In this document: piece after piece, positions 51,606 to 63,096 of the stretch | Position numbering within the stretch: the first letter of the stretch is position 1 | How the letters are laid out: every line of letters starts with the position of its first letter | DNA from: Setoptus koraiensis | Lineage: Eukaryota > Animalia > Arthropoda | Assembly: GCA_048013815.1 (NCBI GenBank) | Contig: CM106586.1 | Coordinates: 18,538,001-18,602,000, forward strand | Length of the DNA: 64,000 nt | Direction: 5' to 3' | Notes under the pieces: model-generated | The model's database searches: none | What the model was told of the DNA's origin: nothing | The model's input: the letters and a program-made list of their open reading frames with translations, nothing else | Translations under genes and position numbers: made by a program

Positions 51606-51849
51606 GCGATGCGAACATTTATCTCCATGTGGTTTTTAAGGTATAGTCTGATGTGTCTGATTCAAGCGAAAGAATATGTCGAGTGAAGCGACACTAGAAT
51701 ACAGACAGTCAACATATGGAGAGGGGAGATCACGAAACTAATGGAAAAAAGATTGAAAAAAGTGAAAAGGTAGATTCAAACAGTGTTAGAACGTGAAAAA
51801 ATGCGTCTTTTTTGAACATTCTTATTGTGTGGAAGAGGGTAGTATTGAT

Positions 51850-54119
51850 ATGGATACGATCAAATTCAATATATTTCTGATCCCACTTATAATTATCAAA
51901 TACATCAACGGTTCTGCAAATTATGTGCGGCCGAAAGATGAAGAAGAAAAAGCAGCACTTGTAAAGATTCGTCACAAGTTGAAAGCGGAGAAAAAAACAC
52001 TGCTTGATGGATTGAAGGCGCGCGTTGCCTTATATCTGGCAAATAAACAACGAAAACCGAGCTATCTTATATGGATTGTGCTCTACTTCCTTTTTGGACT
52101 CTATTTTCTATATAATGGGACTGTCTTCGGCTTTGGCAGCGAAAGTCTCATCGCTGAATTAGAAAAGAAATACCTGACCGTCAACATTCTCGCACCGTAT
52201 AACGTGAAGGTCTCTCAAATGCTTTATAGAGTGGCTATCATACTCATTATAGAAGTCTACGTGTTTCGGATAATGAACATTGCAGAAAACATGAGGATAG
52301 AGACTAGGCGCCAACACTTCGACCAGGAATTCACGTACATGTACAATCTGGAATTGACTCCCCGAGCTTGGATCTATATTTTAGGTCTCACAGATAGAGT
52401 TAAATGCAAAGATAATGCTCATGTTAGACGAATCAATAGCAAAAATCGGCAGTGCACGATTCAGTGTCAAGCTGTCTCATGGTCAGATAGAGAGCATCCG
52501 GGCCGATATCTCAGTGCAAATCATAATGAACGTAGTCATATCGATGCCCGTGGTTCTCAATTATCCGATGTGGCCCCGAAAGATCCGGTACAGGCGAGTC
52601 GCAAAAGAAAAGCGTTCAATTTTGACGATGACTTTCGAGAAATCGATTATCAGCTAAAATTTCAAAGGCGATCTCAATCACATGGGTCCCCTCATATAAT
52701 GGATTTGGGGTCACTGAGGGTGCTGGCGTTCCTTGCTCTTGCATTATACATTGTTTTCCCATTTATCGCCATAGCAAATACACGAAATATTGCAGCGATG
52801 GAGTTTCACTACTGTGGCGATTCGGTTTTACTATTCGTCAAGCAGCGTCTCTTCCCTTTTTTGTGCATGATCAGCGCTTGCGGACTTATAATGTTTCAAT
52901 TTACAGAGATGGCCTTGTTTTGTGTTCATAGTATGGCCTGCTACGGCAAGGCTAAGCTTACGCTTAATTTGATCTCGCAGATAATTGAACTGTGTCGGTT
53001 CAACGGAAAACGCATTTCGAGCATCTGCTTAAACAATCTAAGAAGCAACAGCACGAACGGAAACTATGAAATTACCCGAGACAATGAGACCAGCAAAGAA
53101 AAGGTTGCCGTACAGAATAACTGCCGATTGGTCGATACAATCATTGAAAAGGATGAAGCAACGTCGATTTGGAGTCATATATCAGAAGAAATAGACAAAC
53201 TCGTCGCGATGATCATGGAGATACGCTCGGACATTGCCCAAATAAGGCGACGTTATACACTTGACATAAACATGGAACTTTTTTTCAAGATGCCATGTGT
53301 CATACTAACTCTATCAACACTTATTACGACGGAAGACCTGAGCGATTTGGAAGCTCGAATAATTTATTTTATTTTGCAAGGATACTTGATTCCTATCTTT
53401 TTCCTAAGCTTTTTTGCTGCCCTTATCTATTCTAAGGTGATCAACATGATATAGATTATTTGTTTACTGTTAATAATTTCGACCCCCTCTTCTATAACCT
53501 AGCGAGCAATGGAATGTTATCAGCGTTGCTCAACTTCTTTCATGTCACCCCAGATGCTGAACGCTATTTCGCATCCTTCTCGTTTTCTCTAGTCTCACTC
53601 CAAGTCGACTTATAGCTTTCCTCGGACAGTAATGAAAGATCCTACGAAAGTTAACTTGTTGCTCGAGCTGGTGTGAGATGTGAGCTAATGTGAGGGTGTG
53701 AGGACGTCCGGTATCGTGTATACCCAGTTCTCTTATCGCTCATCACATAACTAATATCATCCATATTTTACATCCACCGATCATGTTTCCAGTTCAAGGC
53801 CATCTATCATGCCCTACAGAATCTCATGACCTATAATTCTTTAATGGCTACCAGGGATTTTCAGCGATTGTCGTCGATAGAAGATGATCTCCATGATATA
53901 AAAAATGTTGCGCTTTTTATCTTCACTGTGAATCCGATGACTTTTGGTAATCTGCCGATGGTTAGTATGTTATGATGGAGGAGAAATCTCAGACTGTTCC
54001 TTCTAGGATGTTCATTCTTCTATATTTACGTCTCATCGTTCCAAATTGACCAATACATTCGATAGCTGGTTGGATGGATCGCATCGGGTATAACATTGTT
54101 GTTGCAATATGCACAATGA
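51850..54119 (+). CDS. GR-like 7TM protein, copy 7 (602 aa)
   Basis: join(51850..53436,53793..53960,54066..54119); ends LVGWIASGITLLLQYAQ*. Confidence 0.85.
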
Positions 54120-54129
54120 GAGGCACACA

Positions 54130-54603
54130 TAACATGGCCATCAATAACAAGTTTTGTCGTCCATGCATGGGGAACAGCAAAGCTAAGCCTTTTGTTAACG
54201 CTTGTTTTTCTCTCCAGTTGATTGAACTGCACAGGTCCATTAGCCAACCTATTCCGAACTGATGCTTACCGAACATAGGAAAGAGCAACACGAACGGAAA
54301 CTACCGAACTCTCAGAGAAAACGAGATCAGCAAACAGGAGCCCACCGTTCAGAATCACTTTTGATTGGTCGATACGTTCATCGACAAAAATAGATCAACG
54401 TCGACCTTCAGTGATCTATCCGAAGAAATAGCCAGATTACGGATGATCAGGGAGCTACGCGCTGACATTGATCATCTAAACGGACTTTTTACACTCGATT
54501 TAAACTTGGAACTTTCTTCCAAGATGCCATGTGTTATATTTACTCTGACAATTAACTCTGGATCGCTTCGGCTATACTATAGGTGTTATATTATGCAGTG
54601 TGA
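54130..54603 (+). pseudogene. Internally deleted GR-like pseudogene
   Basis: A decayed motif A is joined to the 3' third of exon 1 (SKAK..QLIELH.. NEISKQEPTVQNH.. DLSEEIARL.MIRELR.DIDHL..FTLDLNLELSSKMPCVI). This is fused directly to an exon-3 remnant (GGATCGCTTCGG...TATGCAGTGTGA). Confidence 0.85.
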
Positions 54604-55035
54604 AATTTTGATCTTTTGAAATGTGCTAACTTCATAAATTAAACTTGATATCATGCATGTATTGGATAGGAAATCCTTCCCCTGGCAGTCAATGAAGCAC
54701 AATTTCAACATTCATATCGCTGAGGTTCGACAGGTATATTCTTATGTGTTCGATATAAGTGATGGAATATGTCGATAAAAGTGCAACTGGAATCAAGACA
54801 GTTAAACAATAGGGAAATTCACTCGGATTAGTTCATCGGAATTGAAATGAAAACGAGTGCGGAGATAAAATCAAGCAATATCAAAAGGTAGAAAGTTTTG
54901 CACACTATCTCGTATTTTCCGCGTGTTCTCTAATCTCATCCGGCTTAAAGATCAACCATAACTCATAACTGCACATAACAGTGTAGCCATGGGTAGTGAT
55001 GGTCTCTTATCATTCATTTCAATAATCTCAGTACT

Positions 55036-55506
55036 TTATTTGTGCGACACCATTTTGTCGAAATTGTCGAGAATCATTTTTGACATCGTCGATTGTACAG
55101 CGGTATAGAATCCAATTAAACGCTCATGATGCAAAATCTTTGTCCTGAATCGTTCGATCTCTTCTTTATGACTGTCTTTGCCATCGAGTTCTAGAAAGTA
55201 TATTCTGTCATAGCAGGTTCGTTGTTGCATCCTCATTTGTTTGATAACTTCTCTAGCATCGTCCATTTCCTGGTTCCGAGCAATATCTTTGTACATATGC
55301 ACGTATTCGATTGCCTCATTTGCCGGTTTGGCCATTAGTTTTTCATCATCCCAAAGATTCTTCGCCGAAATTTCCTCCCTCATTTCATCCAAGCCCTTCT
55401 GGACAAATTCCTCGAAAGCGTATGGCTCCCGCTTCTTTCGGGCACTAACAACCTCCCTAATGAAAATTGCGCAAAATATCAACAATATTAATTTGCATGC
55501 CGCCAT
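55036..55506 (-). CDS. Small secreted helical protein, orphan (156 aa from the ATG at 55506)
   Basis: Signal peptide MAACKLILLIFCAIFIREVVSA, immediately followed by a basic RKKR motif; charged helical-looking body; single exon. Confidence 0.72.
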   Translation of the reverse strand: MAACKLILLIFCAIFIREVVSARKKREPYAFEEFVQKGLDEMREEISAKNLWDDEKLMAKPANEAIEYVHMYKDIARNQEMDDAREVIKQMRMQQRTCYDRIYFLELDGKDSHKEEIERFRTKILHHERLIGFYTAVQSTMSKMILDNFDKMVSHK

Positions 55507-56215
55507 TCTTTCTTTTATCTTGGATCGCAATAGATATCTGTAACTCTCGAGCACTCAGAGTTTTCACTACAATCTCTGATTATTTTTCCAATTACCAATT
55601 ATTATCAAACAGCAATCCTTTGATGCTTCTTAGATCTATTTTTATGCTGGAATTCAGTTGCCCACAATCATGCGTTCTATTTATGTTAAAACCGAGATGT
55701 TTCCAGACACTGGCAAATGTCGCCTTGTTTAGAATAGATTTTATTCCAAAATATTATCCAATGCCATCGCATGAGACTGTCTGGGACGGTTGTGACGTCT
55801 ACACAAGCGACAAACTTATGTAGTCTAACACACTCTCCGCTGCGGGCACCCTTGATGAATATATATTCTCTTCCCATCATCAAGACTGCCTACCAAGTCT
55901 CACGATAGGTCTTACCTTGATACATGCGAATGGAATCGAATGGAAAAGTGGAGCCAACAAAATAAAAAATTATCTCATAAATTTCTCTCTTCTGTCGAAG
56001 AAAGAATTGATTGTTTCAATCTTTTTTCTTCACAGATTTTAGAAAAGAGCTGCTGCAATGATTCCAGAAAATCCTGAATTAATCATGTTTCGGTCCTCGC
56101 CGTTCTATCATCAGTGGAGCGCAGGGTCATCTTACTGACAATTGTGAGCGATGAGAATATGATGGACTGTAATTGAACTCCAACGGTAGCAACACCCGAG
56201 CAACTAACAATCTTC

Positions 56216-56280
56216 TTTTCGTTCATTACTGGGCATATCAACCATGTTCCATGGTTGATATGCCCAGTAATGAACGAAAA
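56216..56280. repeat. Perfect 31-bp inverted repeat with a 3-nt loop
   Basis: TTTTCGTTCATTACTGGGCATATCAACCATG-TTC-CATGGTTGATATGCCCAGTAATGAACGAAAA. Confidence 0.97.
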
Positions 56281-56676
56281 CTGACAAACTTCAGAGTTTT
56301 TGTTCCAGTGAATGTCTTTTTCAACACTGAAATGTCTTCAATACGATGAGAGAAGGCTGGCGGTGGCTGAAGTGAAGCCTCCATCACAGTCCAAAATGCC
56401 AACAATGTACTAACAAATGCTAACCGATAACACAGGTAATCAAGCCCACTGTTCCTATGCGATCCCTACGTCTCAAACCCTTGTATATAGCACAAATTTC
56501 TAAACTTGAGGCGATCCAAGACACAAAATAGGCTCCGTAGCTATGTCAAAGCCCAGTATGCAGGCAAAGCATACCACCCATACTTTTCCAATGAGATATT
56601 TCTCTATAAGTTAGTAATGAGAAGTAAACAAAAGATGGATAGACTATCAGATCATAGCCATTAGTTGAGAGTTCTT

Positions 56677-56819
56677 CTGTGCGTGCATAGCATAATGACA
56701 TGTTTTTTGAGGCATCCAGGGCTCATCTATGTCAAAGAGGCAGATTAACAAGACTCATGCACAAAACAAACGCTCGAACTAACAGAATTAAGCGACAGGT
56801 AATTCATGGTCCATGAAGC
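56677..56819 (+). promoter_or_regulatory. Conserved motif pair A+B upstream of copy 8
   Basis: CTGTGCGTGCATAG ... AATTCATGGTCCATGAAGC. Confidence 0.6.
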
Positions 56820-57039
56820 GCAAATATAACATTCATGTTCACAAGGTTTCTAAGGTATGTTCTTATATGTCCGATTCAGTTTATAATTTGGATTCGAATA
56901 GGGAGCGTTAAACGGCTGGATAAAGTTCAAAAGTAAAATATAATCGAGTGAGTAGATGGAATGAAACAGTGGCTAAATGTAAAGCGATCCGTGCCACTCT
57001 CCTCTTCGCCTATGATATATGGAAGTAGATATCAGTGAG

Positions 57040-59178
57040 ATGGATTCGTTCAAATTTAATATTTTTAGGCATTTAATTTTAATCATTAGATTAATCAACG
57101 GTTCAGCAAATTATGTGCCATCCTACTATGAAGAAGAAGGAGCATCATATGTGTACCAGCCTGAAATCCGCCACGAGCTAGATTCGAGGAAGCGGACACT
57201 GCTTGATGGAATGAAAGCTCGCGTAGCCTTATTTCTGAAGAATAGACAACTAAAACAGAGCTATCTTATATGGATAGCGTTCGACTTTCTTTGCGGACTC
57301 TACTTTATATTCGATACTATGGTGCGCGGTTTTGGAAGCAAAAATCTTATTGCTAAATTGGAAGACAAAAATTTAATCGTCGACATGTTTGCTCCTTATA
57401 ACATCTCTCGAATGATGAACAGAATAGCGGCGATACTTTTTACAGAAGTCTACGTATTCCGTATCAGGAACATTGTCGCAAATATGAGGAAGGAGACTGA
57501 ACGCCAATACTTGGGATATACATACATGAGCTGCCTCGATTTGACTCCCAGAGCGTGGATCTATATTCTGGGTCTAACAAAAAGAGTTCAAAGTAGAGAT
57601 AAGGCGCATCGTGAGAGAATTACTGCTAGCACCCAGCAATGCAAACTTCAGTGTCAAGCTGCCATGAGGCCATCGTCAGATAAAGAGTGTCGAGGTGTAT
57701 TGGATATGGTTTCGAAAGATTCGGCGAAAGCGAACTACAAACAAAATTTCAATTACCACGATGACTTCCGAGAAATCAATTATCAGCTGAAATTTCCAAA
57801 GCACCTTCTTCTGAACGGGTCCCCCCACATAATGGATTTAGCATCACTGAGATTGGTGTCCAATATGGTCGTTGAAGGAGGGCTGCTTATCTTCATTTTT
57901 GTGATAGGAATTATAAGAGCCGCCCTATTGATGGAGCTTAGCATCTGTAGCCATTCAATCTTATTATTCATGAGACAGCGTTTTTTTCATGATTTGTTTT
58001 TGGCCATCGCTTGCACGATAATAATGTTTCAATTCGCAGAGGTCACACTTTTTATTCTTCACAGTACAGTCTGTTATAGCAAAGCTAAGCGCACACTCGG
58101 TCTGACCCTGCAGTTAATTGAACTATATCGGTCCAATATAATGCACACACCTAGCTTTTGCAGACCGAACGTAAGAAAGTGCAGCACAAGAGAAAACCTT
58201 CAAACTATCAGAGAAAGCCAGATTAGCAGCGAAGTGCCGACGGTCCAGAATCATTGCCAATTGATCGAATCAATTGTCGATAAGTCTGACACAAATTCGA
58301 TATGGGATGATTTATCAAAGGAAATAGATAGACTAGTCGTGATGATTAGGGAGCTACGTTCGGACTTCAACCATTTAAAGCGACGTTTTACACTTGACAT
58401 AAACTTAGAACTTTTTTTCAAGATGCCATGTGTTACATTAACTCTGTCAACGCTCATTGCGACGCCAGACCTAAGCGTCACGGAAGTTCGAATAATTTTT
58501 TTTCTTTTGCAAGGATATCTGGTGCCCGTTGTGGTCCTCATTTATTTTTCCGCTCGTGTCCATTCTAAGGTGATCATCACGACCCATGCTCTACCCATTC
58601 CATTCTCCCGGACCTCCACCCGACCTCAAATGCCTGGCTTTCCCTCCTTTTTTACGAATGACTGAATAATACTATAACATGCCCCAAGAAATAACCTGTA
58701 GATTTAAGTGGAGCGAGATGAGAGGAAATGTGCTGTTGTGGGGACGCCCAGGCTCATGCTGCTCATTCTTCCTATCTCCCAATACTCATAACTAATACCG
58801 GATATTCCATCCACATTATATATCCATTCAATCATGTTTCCAGTTCAAGGCTATCTATCATGCCATACAGAATCTCATGGCCTATCATTCCTTTATGACT
58901 ACTTGGAACCATCAACGATTGTTGTCCATAGAAGAGGATCTTAATGATGTCAAAAATGTGGCGCTCTTCGTCTTCAATACAAACCCGCTGACTTTTGGTA
59001 AAGTGCCAATGGTTAGTATACCAAAGAGGAGGATGAATCTCTAGCAGCGAATTCTTCAATTGGTATTCTTCGAGATTCACGTCATCTTATTTCTTATTGC
59101 ATCATTTTATTGTATATTCTATAGCTAATTGGATGGATCGCATCAGGCATAATATTGTTGTTGGACTATGCAATGTGA
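57040..59178 (+). CDS. GR-like 7TM protein, copy 8 (583 aa)
   Basis: join(57040..58569,58844..59011,59125..59178); ends LIGWIASGIILLLDYAM*. Confidence 0.85.
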
Positions 59179-59817
59179 AATTTCAATCATTTTATCCAAC
59201 ATGCCAGCTAACGGATGGGCAGATGCATATTGAGAGTATAAATTCCATTGAGTTACTCGAATTGAGTACCGTGTATGTGAGAAACCGCTGATATTTTGCT
59301 GACTTGATTATTTTAAAATGTATAAAGTTTATCAATCTGTTCAGATCTGTCGCTATTTTTACTTGTAATTTGATTGTTTTTATACTTGATTGCATCAGAT
59401 TGTAAAACGAATGAGAAGCCTATACTGACATCACTGATTCTCATGTTCCGCTCATCATTAGAATTCTCCGTCGAGATAAGAAGTAATATACCGTATGGAA
59501 GGGATCCCTAACTTTTTTTTTTGTGGAGGGATAGGTCGCACATCGCTTAGCTCTTAATCGATTTGCTATAACACAAGGCGTAATTATGGTCAGAAATTCC
59601 AGAGCCATGTCAGTGGTTTCGTTACTACTTGCGGATTAAGCCGCCTCTGTTCTTCTCGAAATCATGCGATCTGAGACATCTGAGTGATTTTTTACATATA
59701 TCACAGTACAGTTTTACCGACCAAATATTCTACCTGAATTTTCGGCCCCAATGAGAAATTTCCATTAGGATAGAAATGAGGAGTGCACAAAACATGGCTA
59801 TCGATATAGGCGTTTTA

Positions 59818-59963
59818 TCGTGCGTGCATGGGGAATTTCGACATGTTTTTCGGCGGCATCAAGGTCCCGCACCTGGCGAAGAGGCTTATTGACACAACTT
59901 CAACACTCACAAAACGCTCGAGATAACAAAATTATGAGGAAAGGAATTTATGGTCCACGAAGC
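59818..59963 (+). promoter_or_regulatory. Conserved motif pair A+B upstream of copy 9
   Basis: TCGTGCGTGCATGG ... AATTTATGGTCCACGAAGC. Confidence 0.6.
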
Positions 59964-60197
59964 ACAACGCTAACATTTACCCGATGAGTTTTCTAGGTAC
60001 GTTCTCATGTATATTCTCGTGTGTCTTATTGACGAGGTAAAGTGCGCCGATTACAGTGCAACTCGAATGGAGACATCGAAAACACTGGACTCCAGTGACT
60101 GGAGGATGAAATCCACAAAGTTAACTGAAAATAAAATGGAAGTTGATTCGAATGGTATCCTGATCTCTTATATTATAGAGAGGTGCATATCATAAGA

Positions 60198-62451
60198 ATG
60201 GATTCCATCAAATTCAATATATTTCGGCATTTAATACTCATTGTCAGATTCTACAATGGTTCAGCAAATTTTGTGCGATCCTACGATGAAGAAGAAGGAG
60301 CATCATACGTGTGCCAGTCTGAAATCCATCACGAGCTAAATTCGAGCAAGCGAACATTGCTTGTTGGAATAAAAGCTCGCGTTGCCTTATTTCTGGCAAA
60401 TAGACAAAGAAAACCGAGCTACCTCATATGGATAGTGCTCGACTTTCTTTGCGGACTCTATTTTCTATATAGTGTGATTGTCTTTGGCTTTGGCAGCGAA
60501 AGTCTCATCGCTGAATTAAAAGATAAACACTTGATCATCGACCTGTTTGCCCCTTATGGCTTCGTTCGGATGGTCAACAGAGTTGGGGCCATACTTTTTA
60601 CAGAAGTATACTTATTTCGTACGAAAAGCCTCGTCGCAGACATGAGAGTGAAGACTGGACGCCAACGACGCGATCGGGAGGGAACATACATGAACTATCT
60701 CGTATTGACCCCCAGAGCCTGGATCTATATCTTGGGTCTCACGGATAAAGTTCAGTGCAAAGATAAGGCTCATCGTGGGAAAATCTTCCACAACACTCAG
60801 CAATTCAAGCTTCAGTGTCAAGCCACCTCATCGTTGGATAAAGAATATCGTGCAAGTTACAATGATGGTCATGTCGATGCAGGTGGTTCCGAATTATCGG
60901 ATACAGTTCAGAAAAATTCGGGCCAGGAGAATCGCAAGGGAAAGCCGTTCGATTTCGACGATGAATTTCGAGAAATCAACTATCAGCTGCAATTTCCGAA
61001 GCACCTTCTCGTGAACGGGACCGTCCATATAATGGATCTGATGCTGCTAAGAATGGTGTCTTATTGTGTTTTAGTAGGAGGGGTACTTATACTAGTGGTC
61101 GCAACTGCAGCTATAAGAATCTCGTTATTGATTGAGATTCATTATTGTGACGATTCCTTAACATTATTCATCAGGCAGCGCCTCTTACCTTATTTAATGT
61201 TAGCCAGCGCAGTCATTATCATAATGTTTCAATTTACCGAGATAACACTCTTCATTCTTCACTGCGCAGTCTGCTACAGCAAAGCTAAGCGTACGCTCGA
61301 TTTTTCTCTACGGTTGATTGAACTGTATCGGTCCAACAGAACACATTCACCGAGCCGCTGCATACAAAACTTAGATAGGTGCAATACAAAAGGAAACTTT
61401 CATACTGTCCGAGACGATGAGATCAGCCAAGAGGGGCCCACCGCCCATAATCGATGTCTATTGGTCGATACAATTATCGAAAAGCACGAAGAAACGTCGA
61501 TTCGGAGTGATCTATCCGAAGATATAGAGAGACTCGTCGCGATGATCAGGGAGCTACGCTTGGACTTCGACCATCTAAAGCAACGTTTTACACTCGATTT
61601 AAACTTGGAACTTTTTTCCAAGATACCATGTGTCATAATAACTCTGTCAACGATTATCGTGAGACCAGACCTGAGCGGTATGGAAATTCGATTGATTTAC
61701 CTCTTTTTGCAAGCATATTGGACGCCGATCTTATTCCTAAGTTTTTGTGCTGCTTTTGTTCATTCTAAGGTGATCAACGTGATACAAGTGATTTGTTTAC
61801 CTGCTAGTGTAACCCTAGCTTTGGTCATTGATCGAAGAGTAGGAGTTTATCACCGTTTGTCGCCCCCGCACATGATCTCGTATGCTACACGCTATGTTGC
61901 ATCCTTCTCATCCTGATTCGGCTCGCAACTCCTCCTCCTATGATGATGAAACATGCCCCGAAACGCAACTTGTGAGAGCAACTTGTGAGAGCGAGAGTAA
62001 GATGTGGCTAACTGTGATGCGGTGAGGATGTCTGGGGTTGTGCCCCTCAATTCTTTTATCACTCATTCCATAACTGATCTCAGATATTCCATCCACATTT
62101 TTCATCCATCCGACCCTATTACCAGTTCAAGGCCATTTATCGCGCCTTGCAAAATCTCATGACCTACAATTCTCTCATGACTAGCTGGGATCTTCAACGA
62201 CTGTTGTCAATAGGAGAGGATCTCGAAGATATCAAAAATGTGGCGCTTTTTATCTTCATTACTAACCCCCTGACATTTGGTGACTTGCCAATGGTAAGTA
62301 TATCATGGAAGAGGAGCAACCTCAAACTGTTAATTCTTGAATGCATAAAGATTCCCCGACGTTCACGTTATCTTCTTTGTACCAATATATTCTATAGCTG
62401 ATTGGATGGATTGTTTCGGGCATAACGTTATTGTTACAATATGCAGTGTGA
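60198..62451 (+). CDS. GR-like 7TM protein, copy 9 (597 aa)
   Basis: join(60198..61769,62126..62293,62398..62451); ends LIGWIVSGITLLLQYAV*. Confidence 0.85.
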
Positions 62452-62765
62452 AATTTTAACCTTGTCAGGTCATAAGTATGGAATCGAGTCCAGAAGTTCC
62501 GTTCGACAGATTTAGGTGAAATCTTCTCCTCTTATTTCCCCGGCCAACTGAACTTTCGACCGATAGAAAAGTTGAGAACATGGTAAAGCATTCCTCGGGG
62601 CGTAATCAAACTCGGCCAAATTTCGCAGTATTATGCAATCTTAACCTTGTGCTTAAATGACTACCCAATGTACAAAATGTATTTACGTCCTCAATGAGGC
62701 ACTTTTTAATGGAATAGTCATGAGAAGTAACCATAACATGGGCACTTTGACAATGATGAGTTTTA

Positions 62766-62880
62766 TCGTGCGTGCATAGAGACTTTCATCGACATGTGGT
62801 TAAATGAGCCAGCAAGAGGGCGACCACAAAATGCCCAAACTAAGAGGATCATGAGGCAGAAAATTTATGGTCCGTGAAGC
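62766..62880 (+). promoter_or_regulatory. Conserved motif pair A+B upstream of copy 10
   Basis: TCGTGCGTGCATAG ... AATTTATGGTCCGTGAAGC. Confidence 0.6.
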
Positions 62881-63096
62881 ACGATTCTAATAAGTGTCTA
62901 TTTAAAGTGGTAGAATGAATCCATCACAGTATAACTAGATCAGACACAGTCCAAAAACTGGAAAAAGCAAATTTGTGGAGTTTATTAGAAATAAAAGGGA
63001 AAGAAGTGAAAATATAGATTCAAACGGACTGAAAATCAAAAATATCTGCACCAGTTTCTTGGTCGTTCACATTGTATGGAAGCGGACACTATTGGG

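Noticed and set aside
56848-57040. A conserved 5' UTR intron starting at the AG|GTAT-like site downstream of motif B
   Set aside because: There is no consistent acceptor before the ATG across copies
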